Assembly: GCF_009914755.1 (NCBI RefSeq)
Contig: NC_060929.1
DNA length: 64,000 bases
DNA from: the human T2T-CHM13v2.0 reference genome, Homo sapiens
Direction: 5' to 3' (one strand)
The notes under the pieces were generated by a model. It did not search any database. It saw only the letters and a list, made by a program, of their open reading frames with translations, and was not told the DNA's origin. Position numbers and translations under genes: made by a program. Shown here one piece after another: positions 1-13,812 of the stretch. Numbering within the stretch: the first letter of the stretch is position 1; the number at the start of each line of letters is the position of its first letter.

Positions 1-918
1 TACTAAACTCTTGTTTCTTAAGTTACATGCTAATGTACCTTTTGAATTGGTAGTAAGCTAACAGAGATTAGATAATAAAGCTGTAAAGAAAATTCTCAAC
101 CAATACTGGATTAGTGGACAAAACTAGAAATAAACCAGAACTATAAATTTCTTGGGATTTACATTTCTTAAAATATTTCATTAATATGAAATCAAATGGG
201 TTTTCTGGCACCAGCAAAAATGGCACTATTCTTTAACTCCATGAACACATAAATGATTTGTAACTATTCAAAGAACTTTTGCAATGTCTAAAAGCCTATT
301 TTGTAAACTCTATCTTAAAATAATGGTGTCACTGATCAACACTGAATTTTTTTCTCCAGCAAATAAAAAAGTTACGATAAAACCGTAATAAAATACAACT
401 TTTCAAAATAATTACTGGACATGCTTGCAAACACTAACACTATGGATAATTTATCTCTTATTCTAACCTTTACAGTTTATCCTGTAAGCTCTTAATTTGT
501 AAGGGTTTTGCATAATACAACTCCTTTTCACTTTTTTCTCTATAGTCAGAATTTCTTATTAAAAATAAAAGATAGCAGGCCTAATATTCACATTTAATCT
601 ATTTCATAGCTTTGTTATGTCTTCCTAGAAAACACACATTAGGAGCCTATTATGTACAGACAAGCCAGCCAAATCCATAGAAGTGGCTGCTACTATGCCA
701 GAATCAAGTAGAAACAAAAGAGATTAGAGGTAAGGGGGCATGGGTAGAAAAGAAGCAGAGGCAGAGAGAAAGACAAGTACAGTCAGGTGAGAGATGCTCA
801 GCCCAAAATAATGAGCAAATTTAGTGTCATTCTCACATGCAAGATTTATCAAGATTAGTCAGTTCATAGAATTTTTGTTTCAGGGAAATTATTTTTTTAA
901 GGCAGCAATAAAACTCAC

Positions 919-984
919 AGTCCCTTTAGAGTGGGTATACTTCTTCTTAAATTGTCCACTGCTACAGCCCAAGAATAAGACATT
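919..984 (-). CDS. NADK2: NADK2 66-nt cassette exon (MSYSWAVAVDNLRRSIPTLKGL)
   Basis: Polypyrimidine tract plus ctag|A acceptor, CT|gtgagt donor, symmetric phase 2-2, open in the exon 7 frame; matches my recollection of a NADK2 isoform insert. Confidence 0.85.
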
Positions 985-1124
985 CTAGGTTAGAACAAAT
1001 AGGAGAAAAGAAAACAAAATTGGGCCTTTAAAATGTTCTTAAATCTAAGAACATTATAAATGAGGCAGGAATAATATTGCTGCACTTCATATTTTCCAAG
1101 CAAGGCACTTAAGTTTTCAGAGCA

Positions 1125-1355
1125 TAGTGAAGCCTCAATACAGGATCTAGAATCAGAAACACCGGGTTTATGTTACAGTTCTGATGCTAGCTAATTATAT
1201 GACCTTGTGCTAGTTATTTGAACTCTCCAAATCTCAATTTTGTCACTAATAAATACAACCACCTTTCTCACAGGCTTGCTATGAGCATTAAATGAGATAG
1301 CATACACAATATACGCAGTGCCTGACACACAGCAGGCATCCAATAAATGTCCATT
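1125..1355 (+). mobile_element. MIR element (similar remnants near 12390, 35200, 36520, 44480, 47420, 50720, 54450)
   Basis: Degenerate MIR core gaccttg..tagttatttgaactctc...ctcaattt...attaaatgagata. Confidence 0.65.
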
Positions 1356-3166
1356 TCCTTTCTGCCTAATGGTCTATGTCATAAAATCTTTAAAAGTGAG
1401 TTCTAATACCTGCAGTAGTTAAACTATTTTCAACAGCATCAGAAGCCAATCCATTGCTGTCCTTACTTAGTAAAAACATAAGGTGAGACATCAAAGAACA
1501 CAAAAAGCAGCAGCATCAGTTATTTATGAGATAAACCAACCAGATCATTACTGCCACAGAAAATAAAAGCATTCGATTGAAAATCCCCTCAAGAAATTTC
1601 ACTAACTCCCCCAAAATCTATCAACTGATCCAAGTTTTCCTCCATTTATAAGTTATTTAATTTTTTAGTAAGTACAAAATTATAAAGCAAAGCTAGCTCT
1701 CAGCAGTTACCTTTAAAATACACAAACAGAATAAAATAAGCCATTAAATGGCTTCCCTGAAGTAAGCATAAACTCACAAAACATTTTTATCATTGCATTT
1801 ATTTAAGGTAGACTTTCTCCAATCTCATTTAAAGTTCTTCCTCTCTTTTCTATCTTATGTCTTTAGAATAATAACTAGATTGTATCAGTAGAGTTAAATT
1901 TTCTTTCTTCTCTCAACTACCACATAGTATCTATAATTCATGTCCATATTGCTTCAAACTTTATATGTAGCAAAAGAGAAAACTTTATATATAGCATAAG
2001 TCTTGCTGTGTTAAAGTATATTTTTATACTTTACTATACTTTTAACTCTTTTTTAAATTATGTATTACTCTCCAAAAAATTAAGATACCACTATCTTTGT
2101 TATTCATCTTTACATCCCTAGTGACTCACATATTACACATAGCACATGCATGATGTATTTTTGTTAAATATTACATAAACAAACTAATTACAAATCAAAG
2201 AAACTGTTCAAACCCTTCCGCTGAATCAAACTTCAACTCTTTTTCGGCACAACCCGAGTTGAGTCATTGGCTACAATGTGAATATCTTTTTTAGTTAAGA
2301 CAAATTTTTCTCACTATAATTAAAGTTCTTATGAAAGGATATGACTTCCAGCAAACAAAATTTCAGAATTTATGGAACTCTTAGTAAACTAGGGATCCAA
2401 CAACATAATCTTCAAAGGGCCACTCACATGGTTCTAGTAGCAGGAAAGTAGCAAATAAAACTCATCTCTAATCTTCTACCCTTAATTTACTTACATCTAC
2501 AAGGATGAGAAGCCAGGTTCTAAAGTACTACCAAGAGTTAACTTTATATCACAGTAGTCATTTTACAGCTCGTCACTGTGTTCCACAAAAATGTTTTCCA
2601 AAAAAATTATGTTGATAATGTAAGCCTAAGTTATATTCAAGTCCCACAAAACAGCTTCTGCCGGTAATGAAACACACACATTTTTACACTCCTAATGAGG
2701 AACTACATTAACCTTAATTTTTGCAATAATGGTTATAATCTTGAACTGTCAATGCACTTGCCTTATGATGTGTTACACTAAAAAGGATACAACATCACCT
2801 ATGGAGCATTTGTGTCAAAAATGCCTAGTCCGAATCTAACATGAAAAAAAATCATACAAATTTAAAATAAGGGATATTCTGCAATCCAACTGGCTTAGAC
2901 CATTCAAAAATATTAATATCATGAATGACAAAACAGGATGGAGCTAAGGAAGTGTTCTTAAATTTAAAAGGCCATGATGGCCAAATGCAATGTGTGATCC
3001 TTAATTGGATCCTGGTTAAAAACAAGTAAACAAATTATAAAAACAAGCAAGCAAACAAATCAGCTTTAAGAAGCACTAATAGGAAATCTTAATATGAACT
3101 GCCTATAAAAGTTTTCTATCAACTGCAAATTTATACTTACTATATTACTCTCTTAAATATTTATAA

Positions 3167-3305
3167 GCTGGGAACAGTGACATGCACATCTAGTCCCTGC
3201 TACTCAGGAAGCTGAGGCAGGAGCATAGCTTGAATCCAGATTTAAAGGCCAACCTGGGCAACATTTAGACATGGTAAGATGCCATCTCTAAAGAATAAAA
3301 ATAAA
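3167..3305 (+). mobile_element. Old Alu monomer (FLAM-like)
   Basis: Degenerate ...ctactcaggaagctgaggcaggag...cctgggcaaca...catctcta followed by an A-rich tail. Confidence 0.7.
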
Positions 3306-3322
3306 ACATTAATAAAGCACCT

Positions 3323-3872
<550 letters not shown>

Positions 3873-4138
3873 CTATATAAACAGATTAAAGGCTCTGGGA
3901 CACAGTACAATAACTTTATTTAATCTAGGGTTTCACAAACTTTTTTGTCATAGAATATTCTTTCCCCTTAATACATATTAACATCTATGAAGGTTTTGGA
4001 AATATTTCATTAAATAATGAACTGCCATTACTTGCAAAATATTATTCACAAATCTTAGCCAGGTTGTAGAAACTGAATAAATATCCAAAAGCACTAAAAC
4101 ATTAAATTCCATGCTCAAGATCACAGGTTTAAAAGTAC

Positions 4139-4217
4139 CTGGATGACAGACTCTCCCCAATGAAGACTTCATTTAGTGCTCTCACTGGCAGAAGTTGGGG
4201 TCCTGAAGCCTCAGACC
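4139..4217 (-). CDS. NADK2: NADK2 exon 7 (SEASGPQLLPVRALNEVFIGESLSSR)
   Basis: cag|GG acceptor, AG|gtactt donor, 79 nt; contains the NAD-kinase NE motif (ALNEV). Confidence 0.96.
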
Positions 4218-5088
4218 CTGCATGTAATTTAAGACAAAGAAAATCCAAGATAGCTCCTTGATTTCTAGAAATGTTATAAAAATTTTATAAAACACTACAA
4301 CTTTTATATTTTTGTTTTTAAAAGAATCACATACTTTAATACAGTTAACATTTAAATTATCTTTTACTTAAAGCATCCACAATATAAACCTTAAAGGAAC
4401 CTAAACTTATACCTGTAATGAAGGCCCTCTCTCTGCAAAATAAACCTTAATTCTTCTTGAAGCAATTTCTCAAGAGTGATGAACTATATTTATCCATCTC
4501 AAAAGATTCTTGTTGTTACACTTAATTTTATCTTGGAAGCTTCAGAGATATAACTTACCAATTAAAAAGAGAACTATTTTGGATTTAAGCAGCAAATGAC
4601 ATGCATGGCTTGGATGATGGAAACCAAATCAGGTATGTTAAGAAATCAGACTTTTTTTTCCAAATAAGGAAACCTCAAGAGTGTTTTTAGCAACAGCAGC
4701 ATTGGTGGAATATTTCCACATCCCCCTTCATAACTCCTAAAAAAATGTTTTCTTTTTTTGAATCTATAGGGTTGTGTGCACAGTTAAAGTAATCTTCCTT
4801 CATAATTACTTAAACATTACACCATCATATAAAATCCTCCAAAGGATTCCCAGTGCTTTCTTGTTCAAATTTGTGACTGTCCCCTTCAAATGGTTCCCTT
4901 TACTTCTTTTATTAGTTTCCAACTGGAAATGGCAACTCTGTATCCTCAATGTCACAACTATCAGATTTATTGGACTCAAGTATCTCCCACTAGGCAAGCA
5001 TCTTGTGACAAGTTTGCTGTCAGACAAGTTCACTTTTCTGTCTCCTCCACAATTCCTACTAAGTTAATGTTTAAAAATCCATCCCAAT

Positions 5089-5605
5089 TGTGGTAGGCAG
5101 GCTCCAAGCTGGTCCCCAGTGATTCCTGCCTCCCTGGTATTCACAATTTTGTGAATACATATACTCACACTCTCTTTCCCACATCATACTAGGGTTGCTC
5201 TATGTGACCAACAGAATATGGCAGCAGTGATGACATATCACTTCTGAGATCAGGTTAGAAAAGACACTATTGCTTCCACCTTGGCCACTCTCTTTCTCTC
5301 AGATCACCTGCTCTAGAGGAAGAGATAACATGAACAACCCTTTGGAGAGACCAACATGGTGAGGAACTGAAGCCTTCTGCCAAAAGCCATGTGATGAGCT
5401 AAAAAAGTGTGTTCTCCAGTTCCAGTCGTCTTTATATACTGCTGTCCTGGCCAACAGCTTGATTGTCACCTCCTGCCTAAACCAGAAGTAACTAGCTAAG
5501 CTACTCTTAGAATCTTGACCTTTATAATCTGTGTGAGGTCATAAATATTTACATTTAAGATGCTAAACTGAGTGATTTGTTATACAACAATAGTTACCTA
5601 ATACA
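5089..5605 (+). mobile_element. MLT1-family (MaLR) LTR
   Basis: Begins tgtggtaggcag, carries gaggaactgaagcctt and cctggccaacagcttgattg, ends ttgttatacaacaatag...taataca. Confidence 0.75.
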
Positions 5606-5910
5606 CTATAGTTACCAAATACACTAATAAAACCACCACTGTCACCAAGACAACATTGATCTATTCTTCTCCTTTGACTTTGTAGCCTAATTATTATATT
5701 CTTCTGTTTATTATGTTTATTAAATGGAACATTATATTTTTCTCATTTCTTTTGGACTATAACTGCCTAAAGGCAACCCAATTATTCTTTCAAATATAAC
5801 AAGTTGATATTACAATACCAAGTACCCTTGGAGCACTTGTTGTTTACCTAAATTATCAGCTCAACTTCATAATACAGAGAAAGACCTTGATACAAAAAGC
5901 TATATATGCA

Positions 5911-5913
<3 letters not shown>

Positions 5914-5947
<34 letters not shown>
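5914..5947. repeat. (AT)n microsatellite
   Basis: Uninterrupted run of about 17 AT units. Confidence 0.95.
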
Positions 5948-5949
<2 letters not shown>

Positions 5950-6503
5950 ATTTGATATGTTTAATCAAATTTGATTGCACATAAGAATAAAACTGGCTTT
6001 AAACTGTCTTAGGTACTACATATATTCACATTCTCATTCTTGACAGTTTTACAAACATAAATGGCTAAAATTTATTGTTTAAATTACTTTTCCTTAATTA
6101 CTAATGAAATTTGTTTTAGATTACTATCCCCACAGATTTCCTACAAATGCTCAACAATAGGTACTCATGAAATATTACCAGTAAATTTGAGCTCTCACCA
6201 TCAAACTGTAACCATGTTTCCCTTTTATGCGGTCTTGACTTTCCACCTCTATTCCCATTTTCCCTCATCCTAATTTATCTCTCCATATTACATTTTTATT
6301 ACATGTGCTTGTTCAATTTCAATTCAAAACTTTTGTCAAATGAGTTCGACAATAAATAAAATTGTTTCAAATCTCATTAATCATCTTAATTCTGCTTATT
6401 TTTTCATACTAATTGACTACTAAACCTTATCTAATCACAGAACTGTGTTCATTTAAAACTTGCCACAATGGGACATGAAAAGATAAGACTCCATACCAAT
6501 TAC

Positions 6504-6794
6504 TTTTTTTTTTGAGATGGAGTTTAGCTCTTGTTGCCCAGGCTGGAGTGCGATGGCACAATCTCGGCTCACTGCAACCTCCACCTCCCAGGTTCAAGAG
6601 ATTCTCTGCCTCAGCCTCCTGAGGAGCTGGGATTACAGGCATGCGCCACCACGCCTGGCTAATTTTGTATTTTTAGTAGAGACGAGGTTTTACCATGTTG
6701 GTCAGGCTGGTCTCAAACTCCTGACCTCAGGTGATCTGCCCACCTCGGCCTCTCAAAGTGCTGGAATTACAGGCGTGAACCACCGTGCCCAGCC
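6504..6794 (-). mobile_element. AluS element
   Basis: Poly(T) then full antisense Alu; attacttttt repeated on both flanks. Confidence 0.93.
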
Positions 6795-7251
6795 ACTGAT
6801 TACTTTTTTATCCAAGAGAATAGATTACAAAATTATAATTTGTATTTTTAAACACAGAAGTGTAATACTAGTGACACAAACTACTACACTGTGTAATTCT
6901 CTCACACTGTCATATTGCTAAACTTTATTTCCAGGTCTACTTGCACTAGGTGGAGCCATGTGACTAGTAATGGCCAACAGAATGTGGACAAAAGTAATGA
7001 AAAGGCCTAGTTCCTAAAACTTCCCATAAGATCTTCTATGTTCTCTGTTTTCTCCCCACAAGATGCAGAGGATCCAACAGAAGACTCAGAGGCCTTAAAA
7101 TACGGTAGCAGCCACTATTTGGCAGCAGCCTTGGTTGCCTGAAAACTCCTTGGACAGTGAGATGAGTTAAAAATAAGCTTTTGCATTCAGTCACTGAATT
7201 CTGGGGTTGTTTATTAAACCAATTCATCTCTCTATATTAATAAAACCAGTC

Positions 7252-7444
7252 TTTATTTATATAGCATTTACATTGTGTTAGGTATTATACATCATCCAGA
7301 GATTATTAAAGTATAGGGAAGGATGTGCATAGGTTATATGCCAATACTATGCCATTTTATATGAGGGATGTGAACATCCTCGAATTTTGGTATCTGCAGA
7401 GGGTCCTAGACCCAATCCCCCTCAGACACCAAGGGATAAGTGTA
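7252..7444 (+). mobile_element. TcMar-Tigger (Tigger3/MER7-like) terminal fragment
   Basis: atagcatttacattgtgttaggtattat...ttttggtatctgcagagggtcctaga...ccaatcccc matches my recollection of the Tigger3 end. Confidence 0.7.
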
Positions 7445-7619
7445 TATGAAATAATCTGCTCCAGTCATCTCCTCCTCCTCTCTGGAAGCTTGCAGTAGCT
7501 GTTTGTATTCTGACAAACCTTGGTGTAGAACATTTTACCATTAATTATGTGAAACACTTTGTGGGTCCTTTCAATTCAAAGACTCTTGCCTAAGTTTCCT
7601 AATTGAAATTTTTAAAAAG

Positions 7620-8835
7620 TATTAACTGATTCATACTAACTGTGTATATTTATGGAGAACAGGTAATATTTTGATACATGCATACAATGTATAATGATCA
7701 AATCAGGGTATTTAGGATATCCATCACCTCAAATATTTGTCATTTGTGTTGGGAATATTTCAAATCTTCTCTTCCAGCTATTTTGAAATGAGGTATTTTG
7801 AAATATACAATAAATTGTTAATTATAATCACCCTACTATGCTATTGAACGTTAGAACTTATTCCTTCCATCTAAGTGCATATTTGTACCCATTAACCAAC
7901 CTCTGTTTATCCCACCTTTCACCCTTCCCAGGCTTTGGTAACTATCACTGTACTCTCTATCTTCATGAGATCAACTTTTTCAGCTCTCACATATGAATGA
8001 AAGCATATGATATTTGTCTTTCTATGCTTGACTTATTTCGCTTCACATAGTGACCTCTAGTTCCATTCATGTTGCTGCAAATCTCAGGATTTCATTCTTT
8101 TTATGGGTGAAGAGTACTCCATTGTGTATATATACACATTTTCCATATTCATTTATCTACTGATGGACACTTTGACTCCATACTTGGCTATTGTGAATAG
8201 GGCGGCATCAAACATGAGGCGCCAGTATCTCTTTGCTATACTGATTTCCTTTCCTTTGGATAAATAGCCAGTAGTGGGATTGCTAGATTGTATGGGAGTT
8301 CTATTTTAGATTTTTGAGAAACCTTCATGCTGTTTTCCATAATGGCTTTACTTATTTACATTACCACCAACAGTGTACAAGAGTTCCCTTTTCTCTACAT
8401 CCTTGCCAGTATTTGTTATTTTTGTCTTTTTGATAACGGCCATTCTAACTGGGGAGAGATGATATCTCATTGTGGTTTTGATTTGCATTTCCCTGATGAT
8501 TAGTGACGTTGAGCATTTTTTCATATAGCTGTTGGTCATCTGTATGTCTTTTGAGAAACTTCTATTCAGAGACTTTCCCACTTTTTAATGAGATTATTTG
8601 TTTGTTTGTTGTCTGAATTTCTTGTATATTGTGGATATTAGTCCCTTGTTAGATGAATAGTTTGCAAGTATTTTCTCCAATTCTATAGGCTGTCTCTTCA
8701 CTCTTGTTTCCTTTGTTATACAGAAGCTTTTGTTTAATATAGTTCCATTTGTCTATTTTGTTTTTGTTGCCTGTGCTTTTGAAGTCTTAGCCATAAAATC
8801 TTTGCCTAGACCAACGTGCTGAATAATTTCCCCTG
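7620..8835 (-). mobile_element. 5'-truncated old L1 (L1MA-type) 3' end with ORF2 remnant
   Basis: ORF 8348..8581 encodes [33 protein letters not shown], the L1 ORF2p C-terminal region, followed by L1 3' UTR. Confidence 0.92.
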
Positions 8836-10069
8836 CCTGTTTTGAGAAATCATCATGTATAATCTTTTGATTTTGAACATTTTTCTGTTCTTTTTCTCGA
8901 ACTACCATTAATCAGATGTGAACATCCTAGATGCTGAGCTATGATTCACTAAGTTTGTATGTTTCTATATATGAAATATTAACTTCATTTATAAACTAAA
9001 CACAGTGAATCTGAGGAATCTGAGCAGTGACTCTTTATATACCAATCTATATCTTTTTATAAGACTGCTGGTGAAGACAGTCAAATCTACCATCTATTAG
9101 TGGTAGAAGTAACTTCTTTCAGTGAGGGATTAAAATTTCTAACTATTATTTTTAAATTGTACTTAATAGTTATTGCAGACTTTCAAAAACAGTAATAGAA
9201 GTTCATGTGCATATAATTTCTTAATATTTTTTTAAATAGAATTCTTTTTTTGGAGGAGAACCTTTAAAACACAACATAAACACATATCTTAGAAACATGC
9301 TAACCTATTAAGCTATAAGTCACCATGAAAAACTCTGGAATAAGGGGATATAAACATCAGGTACCATGAGAGAGCAGAGGCAGAAAGCAAAAATGTAAAA
9401 GTAGCTTTTCCTGATAAATTTATCCAGAAAATAAAACATAGGAGAAAACTGTATCTTTTTAAACAGTCTACAAATATTTAAGATTTCTCTTGGGATATTC
9501 TTGCATCAATAAAGTCCTACATTTGCTATAAAAAGTGGGAAAATATGGCTCAAAATGGAGAATTTGCTTTAACCCTCCTAACAAAAAAAGCTGCCAAATC
9601 ACCTTATGCTAATATTCTCTAAGCTACACAAATACTTCAAGCACAAATCCTAAGGCTGGAATGCAAAATTTCCCAATAAATATATTTAAGTATAACTATA
9701 TAACATGTATAACCATCATAATCTTCCACAGATTAGCTCATTTCATCTCTACTGCTTTTTTTTTTGACATTTCAAAGATTAAGGCCAAGAATCTTTTCTC
9801 AAACATCAACTATCTTATCAGATACTTTACAATCCTTCCCTAATCAGCTAGTTTTCAAATCTGTCCTAGAAAACATTTCTAGAAATATGCTATTATTTAC
9901 TTCAGATTCTAATAAACTTTACAACTGAAGTAATTCACTGTACTTTGTTAAGTGCTATTAATGACACTAAAAACAAGTTAATCATAAATTATTACATCAA
10001 AAAATTTGAGGTCAAAGGAGCTATGAGTTAAATATTTCCCCAAACACATCTGATGCCCAATCCACCTAC

Positions 10070-10206
10070 TTTCATCATGAGCTCTTTCAATGTTAAGGGC
10101 TCTATTGTGCTGATTCAAGCTTAGCTGCTGCTCGTGAAGGTCCACAGGTACAGGGTTTATGCCAGTCCCTTCAAGGTATAACCTGATTCTCTGCCTCCAC
10201 AACCAC
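10070..10206 (-). CDS. NADK2: NADK2 exon 6 (WLWRQRIRLYLEGTGINPVPVDLHEQQLSLNQHNRALNIERAHDE)
   Basis: taag|G acceptor, A|gtaggt donor, 137 nt; overlaps supplied ORF 9978..10202. Confidence 0.96.
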
Positions 10207-11518
10207 CTTAGAAAAATGAAGAAAAGGCAAATTATGTTAAAATAGAATAAATTAAAGAGTAGACATTATAATAATTTAACCAAATTAAATAGTTAATAAA
10301 AACTAGTTACCAGTTATTCCATGAATAAATTATATCAGAAACACCTAAAGCCTATAGCTTCCTTATCAATGACAGATTTGAATATTTATTCTCTTTTCAA
10401 TTATAACGGAAACACCTAATGTGCTTGTACAAAATCTCCCAAGTAACTTAAATTAAGTCAAACTCTATCAAGAACCCATAAAGTCCAAGATACTGAGCTA
10501 GATATAGCTTGTGCTTTGCTCAGCAAAAAATATTATACAAAAAGGAAAGCATTCTTAAATTAAAATAATATTGTGTTCAGATGGCTGGATTAGATAAAAA
10601 TCCCTCTCCACAAATTTTATAATGGAGGTTTTTTAAAACAATAAAAGGAAAAAAGGATTAAGAAACAATAAATAAAAGTGTTGATTACACCTAAAAATTT
10701 AAATAACATCTCTGGTAAAAGGAAAAAAACAATCAGGTTTAATTGATTTCAAAACTGATAATCAATGTATCGAAAGTCAATGGGACAGATTCTGCTAGGT
10801 AAGTATACAAAAATATACTTCCACTTGGTAGCTATAAATTAGCCATTTCTTGTCAAACTTCTGAAATGACTAGAAACTAGAATTACTGGTAATGAAATGA
10901 TTCTTGAAAAGAAGATCTAATACAACTTCACAAACATCTGTGGGAAAAGCTTTCCCCAACTATAAAATCTAGTCCAAGTCAGGAAATAAAAAGTAGTCCA
11001 ACTTAGCTCTCTCAAATATAATTGGCCAACCTCATGCTCCTTCCTCCACCTTCCTCTTTTCCTGATGGTCTGACCACTGAACACATTAGGTAAAAGAAAC
11101 TTTTAAAAATCCCATCCCCACTGCTTAAGAAATACTTTTATGTGAGACAGATACCAGGAATCTCAGCATGGTTGGATTAAATCCAGCTCTCAATCATTAC
11201 TAGATGGGAGATAAAGATAAAAAATATAAAATCTGAAAATTCAAACAATTTTAGCCAAAGTTTTAATTACCTTTCCACTAAACTGATAAGGACATGTAAC
11301 GAGGTTAAGAAAGTAGAGACATGCCTGCTATCTCACTGAAGGAGAAAAAAAATTTCTATATGCAGTTATATTATAGGCCAACCAATATTTGTCAGGGTTT
11401 CTCTCCACAATTCCAACTGGACTAGGAGAAGGTAAATTAGACCTATTTGTGACTCAGCTAATACATTACTTTTAATGGCTACTGTTATATCTATGGAGTA
11501 ATCCAAACATTATCTGAT

Positions 11519-11832
11519 TTGTTCTGGTTTTTTGTGTGTTTGTTTGTTTTGAGACACAGTCTCACTCTGTTACCCAGGCTGGAGTGCAGTGGCATGATCT
11601 CGGCTCACTGGAACCTCTACCTCCTGGGCTCAAGTGATCCTCTCAACTCAGCCCCGCAAGTAGCTGGGACTACAGGTGCTTGCCACCATGCCCAGCTAAT
11701 TTCTGTATTTTTTGTAGAAACAAGGTTTCACCATGTTGCCCAGGCTGGTCTCAAACTCCTGAGCTCAAGTGATCCACCCGCATCGGCCTCCCAAAGTACT
11801 GGGATTACAGGCGTGAGATACCGTGCCCTGCC
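11519..11832 (-). mobile_element. AluJ element
   Basis: Antisense Alu with J-type motifs (ctcctgggctcaagtgatcc). Confidence 0.9.
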
Positions 11833-11917
11833 TGATTTGTTCTGTTTTTTAACAGCATTATTAATGGCACATACTTATTAAGATACTTACATAAGAACAA
11901 CCGTAAGAAATTCCTAC

Positions 11918-12001
11918 CTGAACTCACCACGATAGAACTTCTGTAAGGCTTCTGGAAAGGAATGTGTATATCGAACGGGCAGGCATAAATGACCCTCAGA
12001 C
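11918..12001 (-). CDS. NADK2: NADK2 exon 5 (SEGHLCLPVRYTHSFPEALQKFYRGEFR)
   Basis: atag|G acceptor, AG|gtagga donor, 84 nt, frame continuous. Confidence 0.95.
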
Positions 12002-13049
12002 CTATATTTTAACAGGAATTTTTTGGTGATATAAAGAGGAAAAGAAAAAAGGTGAAGCAAAAAAATTTAATCAAAAGGTATCACTAAGCTATAAAAATAA
12101 GAAATGAAATTCTAAAAATGTCTACCCTATATTCCATTTTTTGCCACAAAATTGTGTTCTTTAAATAAAAACAAAAAAGACCAGATAGAATTAGTAGTCT
12201 ACATCCAGCTTTAATGCCATAATGCATAATAATATGTGAGTTTCTACGTTACAATGAAACTAAAAATAGCAGCAAATCTGCTACTAATTACCCTGTAAAG
12301 TTATTTAATGGTACAGTGTTGTTCAAATCATTATTTAACTACTAACCTTCCAATTTTTATTCTAACCTTTAAATTATTTAACTATTAACTTTGGGCAAGT
12401 CACTTTAGCATCAGCTTCCTCATCTCCAAAATCAGGATAAACCAGCAATCTCAAAAGGAATCAAAATATTTATGTGAAATGTTTTGAACCATAATCCTTT
12501 CTGAAATGTCATTTAAGATATCCTAAGTCACTAAAAAAGAACTGAGAAAGCTTAATCCAATGTAATCCTTCATTTATTCAAAAATACATAAATAATGAAA
12601 CTCCTTTAAGGAGTTCATAGCTTGATGTGGAAGACAAATTAAAACAAACCATTGCAAATTATAAGGTGGTAAGATTGCCTATTGGTTGGTGTAGATGAGA
12701 GTATGTGGCACCTAAAGATGTCCAGAAGGCTCAGTCATCATCATTTAATGATACTCCAATCTTGAAGAAAAGGCTGAGGGTAGGCTTAGCAAAACAAACT
12801 CCTGATAATAAATGTAAATCAACTTGTAAGCGTGAAGGGCACAGAAAAGTGTTTTTACAAAGTTGTGAATAGTCAACTTCTTTATCTAAGCAGGTCAACA
12901 CTGAGGTTAAGAAAGCGTAAGGCCTAGGTTTTTAAATTTTTATATTCATTGTAATAGTTCACACAATGTTAAGTATATAAAAGGTATCAACAGTCATTTG
13001 ATAGAATAATACCTGCTGAGGTCAACTGCAAGTCTAAAACCCTTGCAGA

Positions 13050-13812
13050 GAGAAGACTTTCTCATGAGGTTACAGTCAGATATCAGCTAGGGCGGCAGGC
13101 ATCTGAAGGCTTGACTTGGACTAGCACGACCACTTCCAGGGTTGCTCACTCACATGGCTGGCAAATTGGTGCTGGCCGTTGGCAGGAGGCCTCAATCACC
13201 CTCTACGTGAGCCTCTCCACAGAGCTGCTTGTGAGTATCCTCACATCATGGTGGCTGTCCTACCCCACAATGAACAATCCTAAAGACCAATACAGATGCT
13301 GCAATACCATTTATGACCTGGCCTTGGAACCTACACATTCTCACATCATATTCTACTGGTCACACAGGCCATCCTTGATTGAATATTGGGGGGCAGGGAG
13401 GAGTACATTAAAGGGTACCTAAATACTAGGAAGCTACCTTGGAGGCTGACTACCACATGCCCTCTATCCCATTTTGAATATTAAGCTTTCAAATGTTGTA
13501 ATTATTTACCAGGCTCGGTAGAGTGGCTATAGAATACAGAAGAGATGGATAGAAATTACACATTTGATTTAGATGAGTCCATGTGAGTGGGCCATCTTGA
13601 AAGTGGATCCTCCAGCCCAAGTCAAGCCTTCAGATGCCTACAGACCAAGCTGACATCTACTTATCCTCAGGAGAGATCTCAAGCCAAAACCACCCAGCCA
13701 AACTGCTCCTGAACTCCGACATGCACAACCCGTAAGAAATAATACACTGTTACTGTCATAAGCCTCTAAGTTTTGGGGTGATTAGTTATGCAGCATTTGA
13801 CAACTAATAAAT
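13050..13812. mobile_element. Two adjacent MaLR (MLT1-type) LTR fragments in opposite orientations
   Basis: 13050-13460 has gctcactcacatggctggcaa-type motifs; 13570-13812 has gtcaagccttcagatg...taagttttggggtgattagttatgcagca. Confidence 0.65.

Noticed and set aside
6427-6921. Alu-derived ORFs here and near 3636, 11519, 16467, 20066, 20691, 26467, 37302, 37925, 39986, 51625, 52291, 55862, 57887, 59023, 59525, 61217
   Set aside because: Typical Alu translations ([20 protein letters not shown]), not genes
8348-8581. ORF similar to L1 ORF2p
   Set aside because: Short remnant of a truncated, decayed L1
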